Shown here in pieces: positions 23,723-35,700 of a stretch of DNA of 64,000 bases. The number at the start of each line of letters is the position of its first letter. The first letter of the stretch is position 1. The DNA is taken from positions 53,506,001 to 53,570,000 of the forward strand of contig NW_026262745.1 in assembly GCF_021869535.1 (NCBI RefSeq), given 5' to 3'. Origin of the DNA: Mytilus californianus. Taxonomy: Eukaryota. Below the pieces are notes generated by a model, which worked only from the letters and a program-made list of their open reading frames with translations, had not been told where the DNA came from and did no database searches. The translations under genes and the position numbers were made by a program.

Positions 23723-24059
23723 GTAAGTATACTGCTGATTGTATTGTGCACTTGTTAACTGAGACATGTATGCGAGAGCTTGCTTCATAGTACATGTAGA
23801 AACATGATCCAGGATGTTAGTATGTATGATGCCTCTTTGGTCAGTATAATTGTTTTGAGATGGTATTGCCCGTTATGTTTGTTCTGGCTGTGGTTGAGAA
23901 GGACTACAACGACGTTAACTGTCATTAAGTGGTGAACAATACATCTAATGCAGGAACGTTTATTTAATCTCAGTTTGATTGTTTTTGGTGTACTAGTAAC
24001 TGACTAATAGCTGTCCATACGGGCGTCGTAATAATATCTTGTGATGTATTACCAATGTG

Positions 24060-24335
24060 ATGCATTGAGGCAACTATGCAGTAAAGTACAAATGACGTTG
24101 ATTTAAACAAATATAGATTGCATTACGGCCTTCAACAATGAACAAAATCCATATCGTATGGTCAGCCATAACAGTTCCAGATATGACAAAATTTGAACAA
24201 TTTAACTGAAAAAAAGGGAATGATTTCTTACTTATTAACAAACAAAAAACAAATAAAACAGACAACCAATAACGACCTCTGCGTTACAGGCTTCTGACTT
24301 GGGACAGACACACATATATTGTGACAGCGGTGAAC
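24060..24335 (+). repeat. Family E copy
   Basis: tacggccttcaacaatga...gcttctgacttgggacag. Confidence 0.65.
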
Positions 24336-27300
24336 AGCAAAACATAAGAACAAACTACTACAATCAGTTGGAAAATACTTGATCAAACAAATTGGCACGA
24401 AGACAAAAACTAACATAAAAATAACATGTAGTACTTCTACTTTGGCCGACCCCATAATTAGTACGGAAACAACAGTAAATACTAGTACATAAGGATCGGC
24501 CGCGCCAACAATTTAAAAACAAAGATGAGGTAAAAATCGAAATCTCCAGGTAAAGTTGGTTTTAAACAGTTCTTTAAATTAGAAACACAATCTAGCAGAC
24601 GGACGTCTTGTAAGTGTACAAACATGTCCATCTTTCGTTACTCAGGTAGGTATATCACATGATAAAAATCCCATTATCTGCTACCCATATTCATTAAATA
24701 CGTGACGTCATTCGCAACCGTAACGTAAAATTAGCTATGTTTAGAAACATTCAAATGTACGAAAATGCTGATGTAGTTAGAATATTTGTTTGAAATTTGT
24801 GAGAGTATTGAGAAAAAGATCCAGTGGTGTATTTCTTTAGGTTTATTTGTTTATTTTTCTGGAGTGGTATGTAAAATATGTAGCCATGGTCGGTTGGATT
24901 AAGGGAAGACAGTTCATTTTCAAACGACATTTTCTTTTGAAAATGAAGTAATAAAAAATGCAGTAAAAAGTTTCAATCAGATACGCATACTGGTTTTAAT
25001 TGAAACGCTTGATTTTATAACGTATTGTTGGATTTACAAAATAAAACAAGAATTTGTAGGCAGGAACTTTTAATACGTAATCAAACATTCGTAGATAGGT
25101 ACAATTATTGCCGAGAAGTCTGTATCAAAATTTTGGAAATAGAGAGTGAGAAATAGAATATGATAGTGTTATAGTGAAATAGTGAAAATAGTCGAAAGGA
25201 GAATTTGGAAAAAGAAAATATCGCAAAGAGCGTCAGGAAGAAGGAAATGAGTGTTCGGCGGTAATAAAAGAGACAACAAGAAAAGTTTTCCCGCCACAGT
25301 GGACAATCGTAGTAAATAAACATTATTGAAATTGATTAAGACAATATCAAACCGAAAACATTGATAGTAAGTGACTGTTGGAAAGCGTGTGATTGTTTAG
25401 GTTCAAAAGGATTAAAGCATTTAAAGGTTAATCATTCTGTAAATTGCGTTGACCAAACAACAGGAGCACATACCATGCGTGCACTTAAAAACTCGTTACG
25501 AAAATACAGAACGGTAAAATCTTTATACAGTATGATACTTATTTAAATCAATCGTGTGTACGAAAACAAATATACTAGTAATCGGCTCTGACGATCAATT
25601 TTCTAGCATTCATAAACCATAATGAAAAGTGCACAATCCAGAGGAATAAAAACAGACATTGATTTCGACGGAAATAATCCCAATCGGTGAATCTCGTCCT
25701 ACTAATTATAAACAAAGAACCCCAACGTACTGTACGAAATTACAAACACTTTAAATTCTAGTATGAATGATTTTCGAGCTTACATGGGTAATTACAGTAG
25801 GTTATGATTTATTGTCTTTTTTCAGCTCCATTAGTTAAAAACGATATTCATACATCAGTTGGAAGATTGTCTTTTGAAACGGTAAAAACAATGGCCGCTG
25901 TTCATTTCTTGCATAGCAACATTATATGTGGTAATCGATCATGCCTATTAATTGTGCATTTCCCAGCTTCCGGAACAGATTCTATTTGACAAAATACACA
26001 GCTTACCGATCTAAGAGTACTATCAGCATACCGATCTAAGAGTACTGAAGGCTAGTGCAAAGCTAATAACAACTAATACATAAATCATGTTTCCCCAGAT
26101 CTATGTTTGTAAATAATTGTTGTTACTTCGCAAAAGTCAACTTGCAAATCACTACACTCTATTAAGCACATATATATTATATATTATCACGACTTTAAGC
26201 ACAATTGAACTATCTTCAAACTTAGAGAACATAATGTTTGTGCATGATGTTTGCATCTAAAATTAAAATGTTATGAATGATTATTTAATTTTCGTTATTT
26301 ACATTTTTTAAACCTATTTTTCTGAGAATTCCGGTGCGAAAATCTACATCCAATTTTTTTCTCCACTTTCCTGAAAAGGTGCGAAAAGCTTCATCAATTT
26401 TGCTCTCCACTTGACTGAGATGCTATGCGTTTTGTTTTCACATTGAGTATATGGTGATGAACAGCACTTATCAATTTAAAGTCGCTTAACTTAAAGTCAG
26501 GTAAATGATCGAATGTTATTTTATTAGAGATCAGTAGAACATGCCCACGATATCGCAGGTCCGTGACTGATTTAAAGTACCTACGCCTTATTTTTAGCTT
26601 GAATTTTTAGTATTCGTATTGACATCTGATAAAGCTATGCTGATTATAAGGTGCACAGTTTTCTGGTCTTTCAAAATCTTTCTGTTTGAACCCGTCCTAG
26701 TTTTTTTACAGCAATCGGAAACTACATGTGATATATACTATTGGTATTGGTATCAAATTCTAACCGGAACTTGTTAACTATTGGTATTTTTAATTATGCG
26801 GAAAACAAAAGGGCCTGGAATGGTGTAATTTTTAATCAACAAAATTGCCCTATATTAGTTATATATAAAGTTGAAACTTTGATTCGTCGTTTTTACGTCA
26901 TGCCGGCTAACAAATTGGACCCACGTTATTTTAGTAATATAGATATGGCGTTGTTGTATTCTGTATACTATGTTTGGTCATTCCTGATGTCCCATTTATT
27001 AATTATTTATCATGTCATCTCCGCACTTGCAGTTTAAATAAATGTAGATCATTTAGTTATTGTAGATAATTTAGAATGTATTTGCAACAAGAAGCTGCAT
27101 CATGTGCATATCGCAACACTAAATATGCAAATAATAATAATGCTGATTGCATTAATGCTAAATTTGACTGCAATATAACACAATTGGTCTGATCTTTTAA
27201 ATTGATAAAAATTATGAAATTGTTCTAAAGCTAATGTAAAAACTCCTTTTTTGACCCATTCTGACTGTGACATCTAGAATAATATAAAGATTTTTCGTGA

Positions 27301-28650
27301 TTGCTAAAAACAATCCGATTGATCTAATGATGTTCCGGTTCTTTACAACTGCATTATTTGTCACATAATTAGATCATTGACATTTATAGATTTCGTTTAT
27401 CAAAAGTTTAAATTTTACATGCAAGAAGCTTTTCTATTCTTTTATCTACAGTGAAAAAAAATCACAAAAAAATTAATGTTCATTCATTGGATTCATGGGG
27501 AAAATTACTCACTAATCATAATCTAGACCTGCTATATAACACTCTATAATTCATTAAACCTTGATAAAGTCGACATATGGTATTGACAGTTGTGCAATTA
27601 TGAAGACTGTATTTTTACAGTTTTGCTTTTTTTGGTTTTGTTCTCATAGTATCGGTTTGTTGTTCTGCAGATGTGTACAGAACATTAAATATTCATACAC
27701 AAATAAGAACGTTCAGATTTACAAAATTGTATCAGTATGAAATACAATATCCACAGGGCATCTGAATGATTAATCCAAATGTTGTTGAACTTCCTTCCGT
27801 TGTGTTGAAAAAGATATCATTAGTCCAGGAAGTTCTGAGCTGTATATACGTTTAAAGTCATACTAATTGAATTTGTAAAAATAATAATGTTAAGGACATT
27901 TTTGAGCCAATGCATGTATATATATGTACTAAACTAAGTCCAATATGCATGATTTTTACGTTTTTTACGAATCTATTACATATAATCGACAAAAAGAAAT
28001 TCATGCTTTGACAACTTTGCCTGCTTATTAACTTTTGTGTTTTGTTGTCCAAGTTTACCGAACGTAACCTTAAAAAACAATGAGCACAGAAGCATGGAAC
28101 ACGTAAAACTGATTGAGATGACAGACATGCAATTGAGCAACGTTTAGTTTTATATATATTTTCCATGCGTTTTTCAATGTTAAATTTATATGTGGTTGTT
28201 TCTCTATTCGTTAAATTTCTGTTGTCAGTTTTTCTTCTTCCCGGATATCTTTTGAATAAACTTTTTAAAAAACTGCAATGTATTTTAGACTGAACCACTA
28301 AATTCGTTTTTTTTTAGTTTTAGTTTTTTAGACATGAAATTGAATATGACCAAAACCTGTAAGTAAGAGGATGATATGATTCTCTTATAATAAATATAAA
28401 CATAGTCCCTTAATACATGTATAAACCTTTCATTGCAATTGTACCAATATTGAATCAAAATACACTATCAAGAACATTCTTAAGGGATATCCATTCGGCT
28501 GCAAATGTCCATAGCGGAAAACGTCATCTGGTCGTCTTGGTTCTATTTTTCAATTTTAACAATTGATTTAATAACTTTACAATACGCATATTAACACTGT
28601 GACAATAGTATACTCCAAGATGCTGATGATGCTGAATTAACAATTAACAA

Positions 28651-29010
28651 ATTCGTTGACCGTTATGGAATATCTGTTTCAATGATGACAACATATTTGT
28701 TCCATTGTCGTAACTACAATCCCGTCCCCTTTTCCCAAATGTGACCTACCGAATTCGACTTATCACCGGGTTTGTATTAAAATTATCAACACGACGGGTG
28801 CCAAATGTGGAGCAGAAGCTGCTTACCCTTTCGGAGCACTCCCAGTTTTTGGTAGGGTTCGTATTGCTCAGTCTCTCAGTCTTTATTTTTTAATGTTGTG
28901 TTTTGTGTACTGTTGTGTGTCTGTTTGCCTTTTTCTTTTTTAGCCATGGCGTTGTCGTTTTATTTTCGACGTATGAGTTTGAATGTTCCTTTGGTATATT
29001 TCGCCTCTCT
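28651..29010 (+). mobile_element. 3' end of a Penelope-like element (family B) including the ORF C-terminus
   Basis: Begins with FVDRYGISVSMMT, the same C-terminal peptide as at about 45250, then the family B tail. Confidence 0.78.
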
Positions 29011-29489
29011 TAAACAACAAAACAACAAATAGAACTACATGTGCAAATATGAGACAGAGACGTCTTGGTTTTATTAATAAAAAGGCATATTTAAACTGCT
29101 CTAACGGTTCAAATACTTAGAAGCAGAAGCGCTACTAGTCGTTATAAAAAGGAAATACAGTCAAACTTCTGACACCGAAACTAAATATAAACCAAAAATA
29201 TGCTATCCTTAGTAATTTATAGAAATATACAAGAAACAGCTTACTGGCATAATTGTAGAATTACGGTATGGTTTGTTTATTCCTTTTGCCATTGTTTTGT
29301 TTATCTTGTAAATTTGTCTTTAATATATGAAAATGTCGATTAAGTCTTGTTTTGAGGACCCTCTGTATGTACCCTAGTTAAACAGTGCATTGTTAGCTGT
29401 TATATCTAAATGGAGCTTGAATTATTACACTATAAAACTACTTGGGAAAAAAGTTATTTTTCTAAAAAAAATGTGATTTCATTGATTTT

Positions 29490-29780
29490 GCCTTTTTGGT
29501 GTTTCTGTATTAACGATGTTTCCATTTGTGACAGTTTGTCTGATATCTTGTTCAAGAAACACATATTGTGCTGGCATAAAGCTGACCTCTGATCTTTTCT
29601 CTTTATATTTTTTACCGAGATATGTCTACATCCTTAATCTAATCACGATTTTTACATACCTTGCATTCAGGCTAATACAATATGTTCATAAAAAATTACA
29701 GGTTTGTGACAGTGAACATTTACTTCTGGCTAAAAAAACAACCTACTGCCTGCAAGTATGTTGAAAAAAATATATTTCAT
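29490..29780 (+). promoter_or_regulatory. Conserved non-coding block about 3 kb upstream of lectin gene 2 (paralogue at 53630-53930)
   Basis: Collinear shared words: gtttctgtatta, acctctgatcttt, acatccttaatct.atcacga, ttcaggctaat, acttctggc. Confidence 0.55.
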
Positions 29781-30584
29781 AATAGGCTTTCTTTTTGAAA
29801 TTGCATTGCCTTTGAAATTCATTTAAGCAGTAAAGAGACGACCATTTGATTTTCTAAGGAGAGGGGAAGGGGAGGGGGGTGGGGTGGGCAGAGGATTTTA
29901 AAAATGAATATCCTGGCCTGGTGGGATCTTAAAATGAATAACCTTAGCAGAAAATTGATGAACAAGGGTTAAGTCTCGTCCTTTGAAAAAAAAAAATCAT
30001 TGGAAGATACCAAGACCTTGTTGATAAATATTCTGTATCAACTTATCAAATAATACATGATGGTTTTGAAGTATACATTTTCGATACTGACGTTGCTTGC
30101 CATCTTAATTACGTGTTAAACATGTTATAGTTTTCTTTTTATTTGTCTGTGTATATTCTTAACCTTTACTGTTTGGTAATTTTTTGGTAATATCCTTTTG
30201 GGGTTGGCTCGGTATTTATACATCCCATCATTGTGTTATTGTGCTATAGTCATTGTTTGTATTCTTATTTTCATGTTTGCTTATGTGTTAAAATGCGTAT
30301 ATATTGCAGAACATGGGCTTAAGTGTTTGAATGTGTTTCTTGAATGATAGCGTTTGGAACACATAGTGGATGGAATCAAAGGACAATAAAACAAAATATT
30401 TAAAGAGGTATTTGCAGTGTATAAATGTATGTCTTCAAAGACAGTCCATGTAAGGGAGAGCTTTCACGATAACATTACCAGTAAACCAACTTTGATCTGA
30501 AACCGTCATTTTGATCTGAAAGAGCTCTTAAAACACTGAACAATAAATTATCACGTCATTTTCGGTTTTTCAATCAATGTTTAG

Positions 30585-30797
30585 ATTTATCCACTGCAGT
30601 AAATTCAGTACTATTCAGACATTTTGCTTGCAGTCAATTAAGATCTGATGATTAGTCTATGTTCAGACTGTTTAGTAGCTGCTAATTACCTGTACACATC
30701 AACATCATACTGTTTTGTCCGAAATGCTACTGAACAGTACTGAATTGACTGCAATCAAACTGTTTATACAGTACTGATTTCACTGCAGTGGATAAAT
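30585..30797. repeat. Nested inverted repeat (foldback MITE-like)
   Basis: ATTTATCCACTGCAGTAAATTCAGTACT (30585-30612) pairs with 30770-30797 at 26/28. An inner arm pair TGCAGTCAATT/AATTGACTGCA is also present. Confidence 0.75.
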
Positions 30798-32384
30798 GAA
30801 AATTTACTGAAAAGCTGAACATAACACAATGATTTACTGTTCAGACTTTTCAGATCCTGTTAAGAGTGGTTTAGCTAGCAATAACACCAGTTTATGAGAA
30901 GTTTTATGTAGATTATGGTTAGGTATCGAAATCCCTGCTTTTTAATTTTCAGTGATACATACATAACGTTCATTGTACCTTATAACTTAACTTCGGACAC
31001 GAGCAAAGCGAACCAGAAAGAATAAAGAAACACATTTAAATTTGTTGATTTCATTGTATTTTAATCCCTCAGTTTTTATATTGAAATTTGAAAGTACATT
31101 GATCCAGAAGTCTTTTACAAAAGTTTTAAAAAATCTATCGTCAAAAATTTCATGCATTAAGACACCCCAGCTATCTTAAAACACTCCATACAAATCCCAT
31201 AGTGTTTGCAATAACTTAAAATAACAAAAATACCGAACTCCGAGGAAAATTCAAAACAGAAAGTCCATTTTCAAAGATAGTTCCTAGCCAATTACAACTA
31301 ATAATAAATCATGTTTCCTAGATCATGACGTTTAAGATATTCATCGGTACACATAAAATGAATTTAGTGTAAAGGAGACGTAGCAGTCAGTGAAAAATAA
31401 CCATGTACACTGCTACCATAAACATGTTAAAGGTATCGACAATATGTCGTTTGTTATGTGGTCATAACTGTATAGGAATTAAATAAAGTTATGTTTTAAT
31501 TTACCAATAATTGTTTAATTTTATTGAAAAATTAATATCACTACAGTTCTGATATTAACAATTTTCAACGATCTACAGAAGTGTAAAAGTGCTAAATTTA
31601 TTACATTTTAGAACAAGTTTCATTCAAAAGGTCAATGAATTTACATGGATCGTACTTAAATTTAGGGGATCTACATAAAGATCACCGTAAAAAAGAGGAT
31701 TTGATATTCTGTTTTTTATAAAACTTTCAATAATGAATACTTGTGTCTATAGAGGTTTATAGTTAGGTTCTAAGTAATATATGGTTAGGTCGCGAAATCC
31801 CCGACTGTTCGTTGAAATTAATAACGTCATCTCAAACACGAGCATAGCGAACCAGACCGAATGCACACACACATTTAGATTGGGCCAAAGATACACCCCC
31901 GTAAACAAAAAGAAAAGGAACTAAAAATCATCCCTTTTTTTTAGTTTTCGATACCATGTTAAGGTAAACATACACGCATATTCACCATAAATCAGCGCAA
32001 ACTCGTCATGTATGTGGGTAGACATGCTGATAACTATACACATGGATTTTTTTCTCTACTTATATTTTTTGACATCAAAATTGTAAATTTACATATTGTA
32101 TTATATACCATGTAACTAATTAACATGAGTGAATAGCTTACGCATAAAAAAAATGTATTTGTATAGATTATTTGATTGTTGATATTTGTTTTTAAATAAA
32201 CCCAAATATTTCACAATCAATTGTTTTCGTAATATCATATGCAATCTTACCATGTAACTTAGGAAATCTAATACAATATGATTTAATGCACTTTTTAGGC
32301 TTGGTTTACTTTTGTCATTTTATAAAATTGATAGAAAGTTGCAAAAAAAGTAAGGGCTAAGTGAAAATTTTAAATTACCTGTTT

Positions 32385-32716
32385 TCAGGAGTGAAATTTT
32401 AACATATAGACCCTTAGTATGTTTCTTTTTTGTGCTATTATGTAATTAAAGCAGAATATTAGCGGAAAACACGACTAATAAAAAGTCATCGATAAACACG
32501 CATACTGTCTTAAAGTACAAACGTTGGTATGTACTAATATTGATCATATTGATGAACAAGCATAGATTTGTCCATCAATCATGATAAGTCTATTTTTAAT
32601 AGCAACTTGATTGGTTCATAAGGAAATGTGCCGCATTGCTATCATTCTTTCGACAATATTACTATTATATGATTGCTCTGTGAATACCTTGTATTGATGA
32701 ACTACAGGATAGCAAG
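32385..32716 (+). promoter_or_regulatory. Proximal promoter of lectin gene 2 (paralogue at 56325-56672)
   Basis: Alignable blocks tcaggagtgaa...cccttagtatg...aattaaagcag and GATTGGTTCAT.AGGAAAT (reverse CCAAT at 32610 and 56559), at about the same distance from both ATGs. Confidence 0.6.
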
Positions 32717-32734
32717 ATGGCTGAATATTACCAG
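32717..32734 (+). CDS. Lectin gene 2, exon 1 coding part (MAEYYQ)
   Basis: gatagcaagATGGCTGAATATTACCAG|gtgtgt; same context as 56673. Confidence 0.8.
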
Positions 32735-35700
32735 GTGTGTATTCCAACGTATAACTTAAGGATGTACTTAGGTGAAATTTGAAAAATCAAGAATTAAAAA
32801 TTGATAATATAAGTCGAAAGAGCATTAGTTAAGAAACAAAATAAGCTAAAGATATTGATAGGTTATGGAGCTTCTTTTCGAGATATTTGAGTTTTAAATA
32901 ATGACGGGAAAAGGCTGACTCGGACTTTTACCTTATATTTGCATATGTATTATTTTGGTCTCAAATCGAAAGAAAAGAAATCAAGAATCTGTTTAAATTT
33001 TGGTAATGACCTTTAATGGGCGAATGAAGTCTTATATGAAAAGAAAAATGGGTGTTATGGGGCAAAATATTTTACCCTGTTTCGTATGGAAAAAAACTAA
33101 GGAGTCCGAACATCTGACACATATTCCAAAACCTCACCTAAGTACATCCTTAAAAGATATTTGTTAATTTTATTATTTGTTGTGCATTTTTATGAGTTTG
33201 GAATTACCAGCAATAAATGCAAATACGGTAAATCATATCTTTGAACCAGAAATCCGTTTCAGTATTTAAAAAGGTAACATGGGGTTTAAATTATAAATGT
33301 TTACCTTTCTTTCCTTTTTGCATCATGGTTTAATTGCTCAAAGTCATCAGTCAAATCCCGTTCAACTTAGTAAGACAAATGTACATAAAATGTATAACTA
33401 ATTGTAAACAGTTTCGGTAAAGTGGTAGCGTATTTGGCTTCATTCTATTATGTAGATACATGATAGCTTTATATGTTTGACGATTTTGATTGTATTAAAT
33501 ATTTTTGTGTAATAAATAGAGAATACCATATGGTTTTTCAATATAACAGCCGTATCAACCCGATACATCAATATAACCCAAAGAGCTCTGGTGAACATTC
33601 CAATTAACCTTTTATCAGCATCTGCGTATGAAGTTTACCTGTGAATCATTGAATTTTTGTTCATTGGAATTATGATAAAAAATCTCAATGATACAAGGAA
33701 AAACATCTTGCTGAGTCAGGTGGTTTTACATTTTTTCTTGATAAAACTTACTTTATAATGATATCTATGATACACCTGTAACTCGTCATGAAGGAAAATA
33801 CAACTTTGTACGCTTTACCTACTCAGTATGGCCGATCGGACTGTCCATACATCAGTATACAAAATGTAATAATAACGTCCATCATCCTACCGATTTCACC
33901 TTCGTTTATAATGATGGTTGATTTTTTTGTTGGTATTTGTTTGTGTACCACATAAACGGATTTTCCTGAAACTGAAACAATGTTCCACGTGAACGCATGC
34001 GTGTCACCTGACAGAAAGTGTGCCATCTGAACTCATGTGTGTCATTTGAACAAATATGTGCCACTTGAACTAATGTCTGTCACGTAATGACTATTTCCAA
34101 GGGATATTTTTGCTGTTTTTTTTTTGTTGTGTTTTTTCTTTTTTTTTAGTTTGTTTCTGTTTGATTTGATAAACAGGTGTCTTTTTTGTTTTACTTTAAT
34201 GATTTTGAATAGATTTATTTTGTACTTACGGGTTAAAATTGCCACAATACAAATGGGCAACTAATTATTTAATATATTCAGTTTACATTTTCGAACCTCG
34301 TGGTGAAGAGGCAAGGACTTTGTCATCGCAGCGTTTCTTTTCAAGGGATGAATTTACATGCAGGATAGATTTAGCCTCGACAATTAAAAGTCCAAAACTC
34401 TATTACCAACAAATATCTGATGTAGTTAATCCACTTAATGTAATCAAATATTTATCTAACGTCTTATTTATATATACAGCTATACATGGTAGTGTTGACT
34501 GTGGTATTCATATTTCAAAGTACATGTGTAGGACGGATCTTACCACAACAGATACCTGGACAAGTGATACAAAGACAGATAATACCAGTACCAATAATAC
34601 TGGAACAAGATCAAGTAGAACTACAACAAGATATTTTTCTTATTGATAGCAGTGGAACTACAGGTAACTTTAGTTTCAATAAGTGCAAGTTAAAAACTGT
34701 GAATATTAAATAGCTATGCCACTAAGAAAAACATTATAGAATTGCATAATGAATGTCTACTGGATTTCAAAAATGGCCAATATGTTATGCTCCCGTCTTA
34801 TTATCAATTCGTTTTTAATAAACATGAGACTTGAATGATTTCCAATTGCGACTTATTTATGTTTTGTCCAGTAATATCTTATAAAATATTGAGGTTTCGG
34901 AATACAATGGTAGTGCCATTTGATTTGATATTAATTATACAATGCTTAATCTAAGAATTCAAACAACAGCAGTCGATTGTGCATCACCAGAACTGAACCT
35001 CAAAAATTGGTTTAACAAAAACCTTAAAAACCCTTTCCAAAATAAATTGTATTTATAACTTTATTTTGTACAAGCGGACATTATTAGATTAGAAATTCAA
35101 CTATTTGAACATTTATTTACCCCTTCGTTTGTAAACATATGATCATAGATCTGTATGTCAAAACTACAGCCATTTCCACTTTTTCTGGAATGTTATATCA
35201 CCGACTGCGACTTAACGCCGTATTGTTAATGTAATGCATTGAGTACATTCGAACCGCCACGGTGAAACTAACGTCAGTAACGTTGTTCCTCTCCGGAACA
35301 CAATGGTTTACTCCTAGTGTCAGTGTTTCCTAATATTATGATTTCTGTGAAGTGGTTGGTTGTTTTTTTTATGTTTTTGTCATTGTGCTGTCTTTTTAAC
35401 TAACATGAGCAACACGACGGATGCCACATGTGAAGCAGGATCTGCTTACCCTTCCGGAGCATCTGAGATCACCCCGTTTCTTGATGGGTTCATGTAGCTC
35501 AGTCGCTAGTCGCTATATGTTGTTTTTTGTGTAGAGTTGTTTATCTCTTTTGTCTTTTTCTTTTTGTGCCATAGCGTTGCCAGTTTTTTTTCCCCATATT
35601 TGAGTTTAAATGTCCCTTTGGTATCTTTCGCCTCTCCTTTACAATTTTTTATTTCCCCTTTTGTATCTTAACTTTCTTTTCATAAAATGTAGAGTATTTG

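Noticed and set aside
25105-25323. Minus ORF with a CPL motif and ...IQTSRQ* end, faintly like a LINE C-terminus
   Set aside because: Low-complexity purine-rich DNA; no adjacent RT remnant
27200-28298. 146-aa minus ORF with RVPCFCAHC (hAT-like CxAH) and nearby integrase-like words
   Set aside because: Single short motifs only; no TIR, LTR or TSD and no continuous homology visible
34239-34646. 135-aa Thr/Ser-rich ORF overlapping exon 2 in another frame
   Set aside because: The same frame is closed early by TAG in gene 3 and is out of phase with exons 1 and 3
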